DNA of 64,000 nt from an uncultured delta proteobacterium (GCA_963789395.1 CAWBKP010000013.1:1-64000), one strand, 5' to 3'; counted from the stretch's first letter, positions 11,745 through 22,306 are shown. Notes: generated by a model not told the origin, from the sequence alone. Numbers and translations are program-made.

Positions 11745-12362
11745 TTAATGAAACTGATGTGTCCCTGCGTTGGCCTTCTCCAAGTCTGTTTTCGTGATAG
11801 ATTGGAGGGTTTCTACCTGTAGAGAAACATCGGCGCGGATCAAACTTCCCTTTGAGTCCCGTTCCTTATCCTGCGGTACTGACATACTCCTGATGCAACA
11901 ATCTGAAAGAACCTTGCGCCGCCCGAGATTTACCGTGACAGGCTGAGGCACCCGGCTATTAAGAGAGGGAAGACCGGTAAGACCGGCCACGGATCCGGCC
12001 TGTAAGTCGGGGGCCATCATGATTTCAAGTGCATCTATGGCTTTTTCGACTTCCAGAGCGGCGTCCTTAAAAGCCCTGAATTTCATCACAAGGTTAAAGG
12101 TGTAGGGCTGGTTTCCAACCCAAACTTGACGGCTGTTGGTCTGTGTCAGAGAAGTCATGCCGGTTGTTCGAGCTTGAACCAACCCGCCCGCAATCCGGAA
12201 CCGGCTCTCAAGGCTTGAATCGGCAAAGGGGGCATCCCAGTTTGATACGATCTCCTTTGATGTCCCCTCACCGAGATATCCTACAACCATGACATCGTTC
12301 TGGATGATCCAGATTTTATGCCAGTAGGATATCTCAGAGCCGGTAGCTCCGTAGGTAGGCAT
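11745..12362 (-). CDS. pmgG: PmgG-like tail/baseplate protein
   Basis: NWDAPF, VWVGNQP, PQPVTVNLGRR and RDSKG motifs. Confidence 0.7.
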   Translation of the reverse strand: MPTYGATGSEISYWHKIWIIQNDVMVVGYLGEGTSKEIVSNWDAPFADSSLESRFRIAGGLVQARTTGMTSLTQTNSRQVWVGNQPYTFNLVMKFRAFKDAALEVEKAIDALEIMMAPDLQAGSVAGLTGLPSLNSRVPQPVTVNLGRRKVLSDCCIRSMSVPQDKERDSKGSLIRADVSLQVETLQSITKTDLEKANAGTHQFH

Positions 12363-12368
12363 TGGTGC

Positions 12369-13033
12369 TTATAAGCCCCGTTTCTTGCGGATTTTCATGG
12401 ACTTGGCGCGGGCATGTTTGGCGGCTGAGGTAAACGCCTTCATCCGGGCCTTTTTAAGACCTGCCCGCTGAGCAGAAGACAGCTTTACCCGGCGAAGCCG
12501 TTTTTTCTTCAAAACGACTTTCCCGGCGCGAACCACCTTGACCGTGGATTCCATGATCGGCTCATCACCGCTCATCGCATAATCGCTGACCAGTGCATCG
12601 TCGGACTTATCGACCGCATCCAGCTTATCGGCCAGCATCGAGCCGATTGCATCACCGGACGCGGCATCTTCATCGTCGATGAATTTTCCGATTGCATCAG
12701 CATCGGCCCCGAGGGAAACCATGGCCTCGGCAGCGGCGCCATAAAGGTCATTGTAATAGTTTTCCTCATCACTGCCGGCTTCAACTTCACCATCGCCGTC
12801 AAGATCGGCCATTCCCTGAATGAGAACATCAAGGGCATCAATCGAAAAATCGCCACCACCCACCCATTCCAAGACACAAGCCATGCCCTGAGACTTTAGC
12901 TGTTTTGCCGCAAAGTCCTCGGCAGCGGATGTATCAGACCCGGAAGTCCTCAAAAATCGAGGCCGGTTTTTCGTCAGCTCCCGACAAAAGAAGGGAATTC
13001 CTCTACCCCGGTGTTATAAATAAATTCGTCCAT
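12369..13033 (-). CDS. P1 gp21-like head core protein (acidic body, very basic C-terminal tail); start region frameshifted
   Basis: VVRAGKVVLKKKRLRRVKLSSAQRAGLKKARMKAFTSAAKHARAKSMKIRKKRGL. Confidence 0.7.
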
Positions 13034-13087
13034 ATCACGACCCCTTTATTAAAAGAAAAAGACTGTTATTGTCAGTATCGGTATTGG

Positions 13088-14839
13088 TTACAGGATCAGA
13101 ATCGGTTGTCCGACAATCCGGCGAGCGGAACCCGTCGGGCAGAACTCCCACGTCACAAGCCATTGGTCAATGGCCGGCTGTTCAACGACAAAGATATACG
13201 GATTGCTGTCTTCACCCTGAGAAACAGAGTAGTCAACCCCTGAAATCGCGGCATCCGTCCGTGGTTTGGACAAGGCGCCAGAAGTAACCAGGTCATCGAG
13301 AATCTTTTTCATCCCGCGTTTCAGGCCGGGTGCGGTAATCGCATCGGGTTCATGCTGAAGGTAGGTAGCCATCTCAGAGAACCGGTAGTCGATATAGTTG
13401 GCAATCCGGTTGACCCATATGAAGCGGCTGTAATTTGCCATATGAAGCATGGTCAATGAATCGTCTATGATCGCGGCCCCGTCGCATGTGACAACCGGGT
13501 TAATCCGGGCATCATAGTACGCATCCCGGTCAACAATATCAGTTGGGAAAAGAAACTCGACATTGGTCCTTTTGAGCTTTCCACGGTTTCTTCCGGCAGG
13601 TGCGTAATGGATTCCGGGAATATCGCCGGAAAAGTTTGCATCCCCAATGGCACACGCGGCGGCAGCGGCACCGGAGGCGCCCCATACCGTTTTCCCGCCA
13701 TACCATTGATCCTTTGCCGCAACCGGGCAATGATAAGAGGCGGCAAACCTTGAATCAATCGACGTTGCGGCAATCCAGGTCAAAACCGTCTCCTGATTTT
13801 GGATCGGGGGCGCGTCAAAGAAAAACATGGTATGCCGAAGCTCTGCGATTTCAACGCAGTTCTGGAGGACGTCTTCATCGTAATTGCCAGCGGCAAACAT
13901 CAGGTAGGCTGCAACAGCGTCATTTCTGAACATATCCCATGCCGCAATCCAGTCCTGAGTCGTGGGCGTACCGCCATTGGTCCCGCCTTCAAAAGCGGTG
14001 TTGGACGTAAACGCTTTGACAAGGTTCAGGCTGCCGACTGCATCATCCCAATCAGCGGTTGCCTGCCAGTCGCACCGGAATCGGCTGGACCGTTCTTCAA
14101 GCAGGGTTTCGATAAAGACGCTTCGGCCCATATCATCTTTATCAAGGGGGCTGCATCCAACCTGCCAGTACTCAAGCAGGTATTCTTCACCCAACTCGTT
14201 CTTGTCATAAAACTTGATCGTGAACCGCTTTTTGACCGGATCGACATCAGTGATCTTGATTGACCGGTTAAGGCACGGATCCCCGTCAATCGGGTAGATG
14301 GAACATAGATACCCGGTTGATACCGATATGGCGGTCCCATAAGCCTGGGCGCTCGTTTCTATCGGAGTTGTGAAAGCATCCCAATCGGCAGAGGCGGCGG
14401 TCGGCTCAGTAGCAGTTGACGTGTTGGCAACCACGCAAATGAGCTTTGAGGTATCCGTGATCGTAACCACATCCCCCGGGACATAATCGACGCCTTCTGC
14501 CCATGCGCCCTTGTCCTTGGTTGCAAGAATCTCGATAGATGGGAATTTGGCGTCTTCTGCAAGGACTCTTACGACATTGACATACGCGCATTCTCTTGCG
14601 GCGTCGTTTAAATGTCTGAGACCTTCCATCTGAGTCCTGTCCGATATGGTTTTGGGATAAGGCTTCCCAAAAATATTTTCCCATGTGGCCGCGTTTACCT
14701 GTGAGATTTTTCCCACCGGGCCACGGGGAGCCTGAATGACCGTTGCGCCTATCGAAATAGGACCGCCACCGGTCTTCAGGGTATTGTCAATCAGCCGGAG
14801 GATCGAAATCGCAGCGGCGTTGGTGACGATACTTTTCAT
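13088..14839 (-). CDS. Contractile tail sheath protein (P1 gp22-like)
   Basis: 583 aa; FEGGTNGG, HYAPAGRNRG, RINPV and WEFCPTGSARRIVGQPILI. Confidence 0.88.
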   Translation of the reverse strand: MKSIVTNAAAISILRLIDNTLKTGGGPISIGATVIQAPRGPVGKISQVNAATWENIFGKPYPKTISDRTQMEGLRHLNDAARECAYVNVVRVLAEDAKFPSIEILATKDKGAWAEGVDYVPGDVVTITDTSKLICVVANTSTATEPTAASADWDAFTTPIETSAQAYGTAISVSTGYLCSIYPIDGDPCLNRSIKITDVDPVKKRFTIKFYDKNELGEEYLLEYWQVGCSPLDKDDMGRSVFIETLLEERSSRFRCDWQATADWDDAVGSLNLVKAFTSNTAFEGGTNGGTPTTQDWIAAWDMFRNDAVAAYLMFAAGNYDEDVLQNCVEIAELRHTMFFFDAPPIQNQETVLTWIAATSIDSRFAASYHCPVAAKDQWYGGKTVWGASGAAAAACAIGDANFSGDIPGIHYAPAGRNRGKLKRTNVEFLFPTDIVDRDAYYDARINPVVTCDGAAIIDDSLTMLHMANYSRFIWVNRIANYIDYRFSEMATYLQHEPDAITAPGLKRGMKKILDDLVTSGALSKPRTDAAISGVDYSVSQGEDSNPYIFVVEQPAIDQWLVTWEFCPTGSARRIVGQPILIL

Positions 14840-15264
14840 TTCTTACTTCTCCTTTTCCGCTTTGCTGGCTCAGAATCCCCTTCGGAAACAGGGGATTCAG
14901 GATCAGACGTGGGTTGGACATCCTCGACTGGATCAGCGGAAGAATCGGAGCCCGCAATGTCATCAGCGACAATGGGGTCAACTCGACCCGTTTGTTCTGA
15001 ATCAGTGGTCGCAAAGTCATCATAACGTGCAGTGCCTGAGTCCGGCGTTTCGGCTGCCGGCGCTGCTACCGTCGTTGTTGGCATGATGATCGTTGCGGCG
15101 GGCGCAACTTTCCGAAGTTCAATCTCAAGCTCCACGGCTTCTGCGGCGCTGCTTAGATCAATCTTCACAGAACCGTAAGCCGGGAGCCTGACCATCTTCC
15201 TTTTCGCACCCGGAACGCGAACGCTCCGGGTGTCACAATGGTTGTTCACGATTTGGATTCTCAT
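14836..15264 (-). CDS. Small virion-associated protein between capsid and sheath genes
   Basis: Intact 142-aa ORF overlapping the sheath start; acidic low-complexity middle, basic tail. Confidence 0.5.
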   Translation of the reverse strand: MRIQIVNNHCDTRSVRVPGAKRKMVRLPAYGSVKIDLSSAAEAVELEIELRKVAPAATIIMPTTTVAAPAAETPDSGTARYDDFATTDSEQTGRVDPIVADDIAGSDSSADPVEDVQPTSDPESPVSEGDSEPAKRKRRSKK

Positions 15265-15274
15265 ATCTCACTCC

Positions 15275-16875
15275 TTATGGGGTGATCGTGAGCGTCATGA
15301 AGTATTCACGGCCATCAAAAGGCTGAAGCTCGCGGTATGCCAGTTCCCAAAGGGTGCTTTTGTAAACCAGATCGCGCTGGATCGCATGACGGAAACTCAT
15401 GGCCGGGATTGCATCGCCCATAACATATCCGGCTTCACCAATGCCCTGCCCCTTGGCGTAGCAAAGGCAGGTGTAAGTGGTGGCGTTCGGGTCCGTGTAA
15501 AGTTCCCACATCCCGAAAAGCGTACCGACAAAGTGCGGCTGCGGCACAGATTTGTATCCGGGGGCTGGAATGAAATACGGTGCGGGCATGGCTTTGAAAA
15601 TCGCGGTTGACGCGGTGTCTGCGACGATACCGACAAGGCCGGAGGTTCCGGTGCGAGAAAGCAGGGTGGCATCGACGGTCAAAAGGACTTCCAGCAGTCC
15701 CTTCCAGTAAAAACCGATGTCATTCGAAGATTCGGCTGCGCCTTTGTCCCATGCCTCGGTGCCCTTGGCAAAAAAGTACAGGTCTTTTAGAACCTTCCGG
15801 TCCTTGTCAGCAGACAGCAGGTTCCGCATGGCCGTCATGGACATATTCTCGGAGTTCAGGTTCAGTTCCCGGCGAATCGCCCAAAGTGCCTGAAGCGTGG
15901 TGTCTGCCGAGATCGCGGCTTCATGGGGGTAAATCACCCGTGAATCCATCTCGGTTGTTACCAGCGGAATCAGGGTCGGGTCTTTTTCGATGTCAACATC
16001 AAAGCCGACATGGACAGCTATTCCGCTGGCCGGCGCGACACTGAAAAGCGGGTTGATGTTGCCGGTGTCATAATTGACGGTGCCTGTCACGGTTACCGGG
16101 GTTGCGCCAACCAGGAAAGAGCCGGACAGATTGCCCAGTTCCATCATCTTTTGCGACCTGATTATGGTCGTGAAAGATTTTGACGGATTTTTTCTTGAAC
16201 GGCTGAGCAGCCCCGAATTTGGTAGTCGGAGTCGAACTCAAATTCATCAGATGAACCGGTTTTGGTGCCATCGCCATTGATGGTCAGGTGCCGCTGGTCC
16301 ATGCTGGAATACTGGCCGTTGTAATTCCAAAGCAGGCGATCCCCCTTGGTGATATCGCCAAAGGTGCTACCGGCTTTCCGGAAAATTTTGAAAATCTCGG
16401 ACTGGTTGTAGGTGCCGGGAATGAAGGAAACGATGTTTCCGCATACGCTGTTCAGCATAACGGGCAGGATCAGGCCGATCAGCCGGTCACGCATCAAAAC
16501 GCCCTGAGTCGTGGACATTTCCGCGCCTTCCAGAACCATGCCGCCGATTTTGCGCTCGCCGTTTCCGGAAGTCACTTCAAAGGCGTTGGTCATTGCCTGA
16601 AATGCGCTCGCCAGAAGCTCATCCGAGGGCGGGCGTCGCATTTTGCGGCAATACTCGCGGAGTGCGTTGGCTGCCGTTGCCTGCATAGCCGGGGCGTTTT
16701 TGCCAGCGGATTCGAAAATACTGCCGGGCGTTGCTGCGGCAAGACGTTCGTTCCGGACGTTCTTGTCGCTAATCAGTTTTCCGGTGCTTTCATCCAGAAT
16801 GGGAAACAGCAGATGATCTTTCATGTGCTGAGCCTTGACCGTGATTTCCTCTACGCGCTTGTTGAATTGCTCCAT
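15275..16875 (-). CDS. Major capsid protein (P1 gp23-like), frameshift near 16150-16190
   Basis: REYCRKMRRPPSDELLASA, DIEKDPTLIPLV, GEAGYVMGDAIPAM and LQPFDGREYF. Confidence 0.85.
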
Positions 16876-16948
16876 GGCTTTAAAATCCTTCTATTTATGG
16901 GTTGATAAATTCGATATAAGGTGTAGCTTCACGCGCAAGGTTCCATGA

Positions 16949-16957
16949 AAGTAACTG
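16949..16957 (-). promoter_or_regulatory. Candidate late-promoter element upstream of the capsid operon
   Basis: CAGTTACTT on the minus strand, 8/9 match to the P1 late-promoter motif AAGTTACTT. Confidence 0.3.
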
Positions 16958-17029
16958 GCTGTAAATGAAGCCAAAAATAGATAGGTTTATATGGATTTCG
17001 GGGCAGTTTTTAGAAGGCAGGAAAAAGGC

Positions 17030-17065
17030 AAAAAAAAACGGCCCGCTGGTTAGGCGAGCCGTTTA
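17030..17065 (-). terminator. Rho-independent terminator upstream of the capsid operon
   Basis: AAACGGCCCGC-tggttag-GCGAGCCGTTT hairpin preceded on + by an A-run (U-tail on minus). Confidence 0.6.
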
Positions 17066-17104
17066 AAGGGGAAAATATAAGGGGTTAGTGGGTTTTTGTG
17101 GTGT

Positions 17105-17806
17105 CTATTGGCCCCCACCCTCAATGACGCAAATTTGATGCTGGACCCCGTATGAGTCGCAAGGATCATCAGGTTGCTGCAAACCAACCGGGAACGGGAA
17201 GTCCGCGCCATCTTCATCATAGATAAATTCGACGCCATCAAGACAGACTAAATCACCAATCTGAGCTGAGTCTGGAAGCATAAAGCCAAAAGGCTGAGAT
17301 GGATCGGGCGGGCGGTTTTGCAGATGAAGGTCAGCGCCTTCCTTGAATTTTTTCCGGGATCCCGGATGATCCATATCTTTATTGTAAAGAGCGCCGGCGT
17401 CGGTGTCATACCCAATAGCCTGAAGCGTTTCATCTGTTACCGGCTGAACGGCAAGACCCTTTTCAATCCGGTTATAAATGCCGATTGCGGTTTCATAGAA
17501 TTTTTGCTCTGCGCTCATTGCATCTTGCATCGCGGTCAGGGTTTCAAGCTGAGCGTTTATGCCATAGTTGCCGAAGCTGCCAGGAAGTTTCGTTAAATGG
17601 AAGTCAATGACCTCGGCAGCACCCGGAACACCTTGAAGCAGCGGGCTTGTGGCGGCATCCACGATACAGTCCTTTGTTGCCGTCAGATCCTCCACCATCT
17701 TATCAACGCCTTTTTTGGCCTGAACGGTTTTGCCGAGTTTTTGTGAAAGGTCTTCGATGAGTTTTTGAAGCGGTGTAAGTTCTTCTGCCATATGGTTATC
17801 CCTCAC
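17105..17806 (-). CDS. Hypothetical phage protein
   Basis: Intact 233-aa ORF co-oriented with the late genes. Confidence 0.55.
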   Translation of the reverse strand: MRDNHMAEELTPLQKLIEDLSQKLGKTVQAKKGVDKMVEDLTATKDCIVDAATSPLLQGVPGAAEVIDFHLTKLPGSFGNYGINAQLETLTAMQDAMSAEQKFYETAIGIYNRIEKGLAVQPVTDETLQAIGYDTDAGALYNKDMDHPGSRKKFKEGADLHLQNRPPDPSQPFGFMLPDSAQIGDLVCLDGVEFIYDEDGADFPFPVGLQQPDDPCDSYGVQHQICVIEGGGQ

Positions 17807-18320
17807 ATGGATTGCTACGGTTTACGCGGATACCCAATTCCCCGTAGAGCGAAACCAGCGAAAGTTCAACCTCTTTACGGAGTTCGTCGCCCATTTCACG
17901 GCTGCCGTCATCAATCTGGTAGTCGTATTGGGTAATGCTTCTGAGGTATATTTCTTTGTAGGCCGTCTTGACGTACTGCCCGGCCATCGCTTTCATGGCA
18001 AAGGCCAGGTCATGCATTTTTGCCGCCGCTGTGTAGGCGATACAGTCAACGATGGTTCTATCAGATACAACCACCCCATATCTTCTTGCCGCGTTCATCT
18101 CAGCTTGCATCTGAGCTGAGAATATCCAGAGCTGAGCCTCTCTTGTGGCCGTGGAGCAGTTTTTTGAAAAAATCGGGTACGGGCATATGCGGGCGGTTTC
18201 AAGGATAATCCCGACCTCTCCCAGTTGCTTCTTTTTCAGATCACATGCCATCTGATAGACGGCTGTTGTCTTTCCGGTCCCATGCGCCCCTGAGAACGCG
18301 ATAATTTTTGGTTCTGTCAT
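17796..18320 (-). CDS. NadR/Ttd14-type P-loop (AAA_28) nucleotide kinase-like protein
   Basis: IAFSGAHGTGKTT Walker A; SDRTIVDCIAY; DDGSR. Confidence 0.75.
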   Translation of the reverse strand: MTEPKIIAFSGAHGTGKTTAVYQMACDLKKKQLGEVGIILETARICPYPIFSKNCSTATREAQLWIFSAQMQAEMNAARRYGVVVSDRTIVDCIAYTAAAKMHDLAFAMKAMAGQYVKTAYKEIYLRSITQYDYQIDDGSREMGDELRKEVELSLVSLYGELGIRVNRSNPCEG

Positions 18321-18359
18321 GCGTTTTGCTTTGCCTCTATCTGTTTAATTTGAACGTCA

Positions 18360-18731
18360 TCAATGATAGTCAGAAAGAAGCGACATCGCCCCGTCTGCCC
18401 GGTCGTGTTCGATTCTCCCGGTGATGAGTTTTGGCCCGTCACCGGTTTGATAATATTCATATCTGTATCTGTGTTTTCCGTTCCGTGCTTTTCCCAAATT
18501 ATGCGCGTAAATATGGGATATCATTGTGCCGTTTATCCTCGTTTCAAAAGTTATCATCGCTGGCCCATATATAACAGCATTGCCTTCTTCAATTAAAATG
18601 ATATGCTCCTTCTGGAACTTGAGCGCATATTCCTTTGTCGTATCAAAATAAATCCATCCAAGAGTATCTTTACGAATTGTTCCGGAAAACTCAAAAACAC
18701 CATGCGTTGTGTGAACTTTGTATTTTCTCAT
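18360..18731 (-). CDS. Hypothetical protein (AT-richer)
   Basis: 123-aa ORF in the operon. Confidence 0.45.
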   Translation of the reverse strand: MRKYKVHTTHGVFEFSGTIRKDTLGWIYFDTTKEYALKFQKEHIILIEEGNAVIYGPAMITFETRINGTMISHIYAHNLGKARNGKHRYRYEYYQTGDGPKLITGRIEHDRADGAMSLLSDYH

Positions 18732-18735
18732 GTCT

Positions 18736-19029
18736 CTATCCTGCCGTTACGTTTTCGCTGCCGTTTTTAAGGATACCGGTGTAAGTTCCGGTGAAAATAT
18801 CCCCCACGGTTGCGATTGCCCTTTGATTGACCTCTGTTTGAACCGATCTTGCCTTGATGTTTCCAAGGTGCCCGCACATGGACATGACAATATCATCCTG
18901 CCTTGCAACTCCCCGCTGGTTCACCTTGACATTTTCGGATGCAGACATGATCTTGCCGCCCACCTGTTTCCGGCAAGCCTTGCAAAAACCCTCTGTTGCA
19001 TCCCCCTGCCTGCAAACCTGAGAGCCCAC
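18736..19029 (-). CDS. PAAR-like spike tip protein
   Basis: CRQGD, VKVNQRGVARQDDIVMSMCGH, IATVGD and GSENVTAG. Confidence 0.8.
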   Translation of the reverse strand: MGSQVCRQGDATEGFCKACRKQVGGKIMSASENVKVNQRGVARQDDIVMSMCGHLGNIKARSVQTEVNQRAIATVGDIFTGTYTGILKNGSENVTAG

Positions 19030-19761
19030 TTAAAAAAGCCCCCCGGTCCATGCGCCTACGCGGGCCTGAAGCGCTGTGCCCCTTGCAACGGTGTCATTGA
19101 TTGCAGCTTGCGCCGCCGTGGATTGACTTTCCCAAAGGTTCTTGACGGTTTTATCCGGGTTCAGGTTCAGCCCGGACATATACCCGTTGATTCTTTGTGT
19201 CGGTCCGGATCCGGCGTGTTCGCACAAGGAGCTTAGACAGTCCGCGATATCATTCAGCCCGTCAATGGCATCCAGAATGCCGGCGCCTTTAAGCATCTGC
19301 TGATACCGCATGGAGGTGTTACCGATCTGCCCGCCCAACCCAAAAGCGCTCATGCCCTTATCAATTGCGGCCATGGCCGCTCTCTTTGCCTGGGCCTGAG
19401 CATATTTGCGCGTCATGCCTGTAATCTGGCTCGGGTCCGTTGCCCCCGGGAAAGAAGCAAGATCGGTTCCGATAGCAGACTGGATAAGGGGATTGTTGCC
19501 GATTGTCTTTGAGCAGTTGGATAGGATTTCAAGCCCCTCTTGAAGCCAGTCGATATTATCCTCAATCGCCGTTATTCCAAGTTGCGCCGCAAGGCTGTTA
19601 AACATCGCCTCGGTTGTCTGCAAGGCATCGAGCGCCGCGTTCATTATCATGCCGTTAAGGGTCTGGATCATCCGCATGGGTGCCTTTGCAGCTTTTTCAA
19701 GCGTGTTGGCAATAGAGTCGAACTCAGCGGCCAGGAGCATACATTCTGTTGTCATCGCCAT
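19030..19761 (-). CDS. Hypothetical helical protein between spike and PAAR genes
   Basis: Intact 243-aa ORF abutting both neighbours. Confidence 0.6.
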   Translation of the reverse strand: MAMTTECMLLAAEFDSIANTLEKAAKAPMRMIQTLNGMIMNAALDALQTTEAMFNSLAAQLGITAIEDNIDWLQEGLEILSNCSKTIGNNPLIQSAIGTDLASFPGATDPSQITGMTRKYAQAQAKRAAMAAIDKGMSAFGLGGQIGNTSMRYQQMLKGAGILDAIDGLNDIADCLSSLCEHAGSGPTQRINGYMSGLNLNPDKTVKNLWESQSTAAQAAINDTVARGTALQARVGAWTGGLF

Positions 19762-19762
19762 G

Positions 19763-20527
19763 TCAATTGATCTCCACCATGGGCGCGGTTATCGTAACCT
19801 TGACAGCCGAGGATATTGTTACACCACCCGCGCCTGAAATGCTATGCTGCCCTTTTGTATTTTCAGTCACATCGCCTTGCCCGTTCTGGATGATATCACC
19901 AAGTACGGTAATATCCCGGTCCCCGTGGATTGCGCTTTCCTCGTTTCTTTTTGTGGAAAGGAACAAGTCTTGCTCCGCGTGAACAACCACGGCCCCACTG
20001 GGAGAGATTTCGATATTTGAGCCCGGGTTTCCCCCGTTTGTGTTTGTGACCCGGATCGTTCCATCAAGAAGGATCTCGACCGCTACCCCTCTTTGCTTGT
20101 AAACGCATGGCCATGGTTCGCGGGCCTCATCCGGCACGGTTTCCTCAATACCGGTTCGAAGCGGTTTGCATTTGCCCGGCCCGTTCCATGCCTCATCCGG
20201 GAAGTTGGGTATCTCTTTTGGACAGTAATGAACGCTGCCGGTTATCCTTGGACGCCTGCTATCGCCGCCACCGAACGGGAAATCAACCCACACGACATCC
20301 CCCTTGGCAACAGGGGTGAACATGCCGGCGTTCTCCCTTGACCCTACCGGCATCCGGTAAGTTGCCCACGGAAGATCGGCAGCCGGCACATCGTCTGTAA
20401 AAATCTCTTTTACGCGGACCTGTACCCGCAGAAACTCATCATGGACCCCGGTTTCTACGATACCTATGTATTCACCCGAGAACTTTCGTTTCGGGTGCTT
20501 TGGCATTGTCATGTATTCGCCGCTCAT
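19763..20527 (-). CDS. Baseplate central spike (P1 gp5-like, Gp5/VgrG OB-fold plus beta-helix)
   Basis: RVQVRV..LPWA..GDVVWVDFPFGGGDSRRPRITG and C-terminal beta repeats. Confidence 0.85.
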   Translation of the reverse strand: MSGEYMTMPKHPKRKFSGEYIGIVETGVHDEFLRVQVRVKEIFTDDVPAADLPWATYRMPVGSRENAGMFTPVAKGDVVWVDFPFGGGDSRRPRITGSVHYCPKEIPNFPDEAWNGPGKCKPLRTGIEETVPDEAREPWPCVYKQRGVAVEILLDGTIRVTNTNGGNPGSNIEISPSGAVVVHAEQDLFLSTKRNEESAIHGDRDITVLGDIIQNGQGDVTENTKGQHSISGAGGVTISSAVKVTITAPMVEIN

Positions 20528-20593
20528 TTAACCCCTCATTGCGAATGCTATAACAAATAGAAGAAGCAGGCTGAACAATACAATGTCACTCAT
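20528..20593 (-). CDS. Putative 21-aa hydrophobic micropeptide
   Basis: MSDIVLFSLLLLFVIAFAMRG*; ATGA overlap with the gp6 stop and TAA abutting the gp5 ATG. Confidence 0.35.
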   Translation of the reverse strand: MSDIVLFSLLLLFVIAFAMRG

Positions 20594-21589
20594 CCCGGCA
20601 CCACCGCTTTTAACCTGCAAAAGTAGTTTGTGGCTCCGGCGCTATAATGGGCGACACTTCCGATAACGGCCTGCGTGGGCAGGCTTTCATCTGTAAGTGA
20701 ATCCTTATAGGCAACGTCCATATTCCATTTGAATTGAATCGGCAGTCCCTGGGCACAGGTGCCCGGCCCCCCATGTGATGATATCCAGAATAGGGACCGC
20801 GATCACTGACAGGTTATCCATGACAGCCTGTGTGTCGGCAGATGTGATTTCAGGGGCGGCGTCGCTGTACTTTTCAGCGGAAATGAAGCCTTCTGTGATA
20901 TGGAAACCGGAATTCCTGCGGACAACCCGGTCCGCGATCAGTTGCTCTTTGTTCAGATGGTTGTAGGTGACAACCTGAAATTTTGCCTGCGGGTTTTTGT
21001 ACTCAAAGGTTACATCGGTTGCGGATCCGAAGATATCAGCCAGCTTTTTAAAGCAGAGCTTTCCACGGGAAGCATAGACCACGGCGCCGTGTTCGATTGC
21101 CATCTGCCTTAAAACCAGTGAGGGGCGTTCCCCTGGAAGAAGATGATAGGGGTTTAAGAGCGCAAAGCCATCCCCCTCATAAGAAGTGAATCCGGGGGCA
21201 AGCGCCTTCATGATCCCGGAAATGGAGCTGCCTTCCTTTGAAAACAGCCGGGCCTTTGCAGCCGGAATTTTCATATCCGCGATTTCTTTTTGCAGGCAAT
21301 TGACCGTCACCAGCTCCCCGTCAACCGGCATACTCATGACTTGGAAGCCAGCCGTTAAATTCAGCTTGTCTTCATGCCATGGATCGGCCAGCACACAGTC
21401 AAGAATGTCACCGACTTTGACCTGCATGACATTCCGGAGGATTGAGAGCGTGTCATCAAATGTCAGGATCAGGCGCGGGCCGGACAGGTCAAGGGTCTCA
21501 ACGAAAATAGCCTCTTTGCAGAAAGACAGGTCAAGATCCTTGCCATCCTTTTTAACAGATTGCAGAAGCGGTGTTTTTGTATCAGCCAT
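20590..21589 (-). CDS. Baseplate hub (P1 gp6-like); C-terminal frameshift
   Basis: MADTKTPLLQSV..FVETLDLSGPRLIL..YHLLPGERPSLVLRQMAIEHG; second half of track ORF 20705-22306. Confidence 0.7.
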
Positions 21590-22306
21590 TGCAATCCCCG
21601 AATGGATCCTCGCAAGAAAAACCGCCCCATACGCCCGTGATGGTGACAACGTCGGATTAGCTGCTGGCGTGACTTCTACGCCAAAAAGGATGGATGTCTG
21701 AACGGTCAGTGTGGAGTCAACGGCAAACAGCCTGCCCTCGGTCCTTGGAATTGATGCGTCTGAGAACACAACCGTTTTGGGATCACCCACCCATGCGCCC
21801 ACGGGAAAAGGCTCACCCGCGATCTCATATTGAACCTCAAACCGGGCGTTTTTTATGACGTACTGATACCAGGCAAGTTGCAGCTTATCCAGGCTCAGCT
21901 TATCCCATGCGGCAAAGACAAGGTGGTAATCCAGCTCAACGGGGGAGAGGGTAAGATCAAAGGCTTTCAGTGTATCTTCAAGCCGGACCACCCTGCCGGG
22001 AAAGTTCCGGCCCTCGCCGTTGGTCATGCCGGGTTTTCGGTAGTAATAGGCAACGGGCAGTTGCGGCAGTCTTGATTTTACGCCGTCAACCGTCTTTTCG
22101 GTCTTCCCGGAGCTTGAAAGGTGCTGCAAGAATTCAGATGGACCGTCCGAATCATCCCTGAATATCCGCTTGTTGTTCTCCCGGGAGAGGAAATCACGCC
22201 ATTGCTTCGGCCCCTTTACCGCGTTCAGGCCGGAAAACGCGCCTGCGATATACGCGCCCAGGGCAAAGTCGATTGCCTGTAGTTCTGAGAATTCGTTATC
22301 ACTCAT
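21582..22306 (-). CDS. Tail terminator/completion protein (P1 gp24-like); joined to gp6 in the ORF track by a frameshift
   Basis: FSELQAIDFALGAYI..LPVAYYYRKP; P1 order gp7-gp24-gp6-gp5. Confidence 0.6.

Noticed and set aside
20705..22306. 533-aa gp24-gp6 fusion ORF in the track
   Set aside because: Internal MADTK start at 21589 overlaps a TGA in another frame and the junction peptide looks off-frame; most likely an indel artefact
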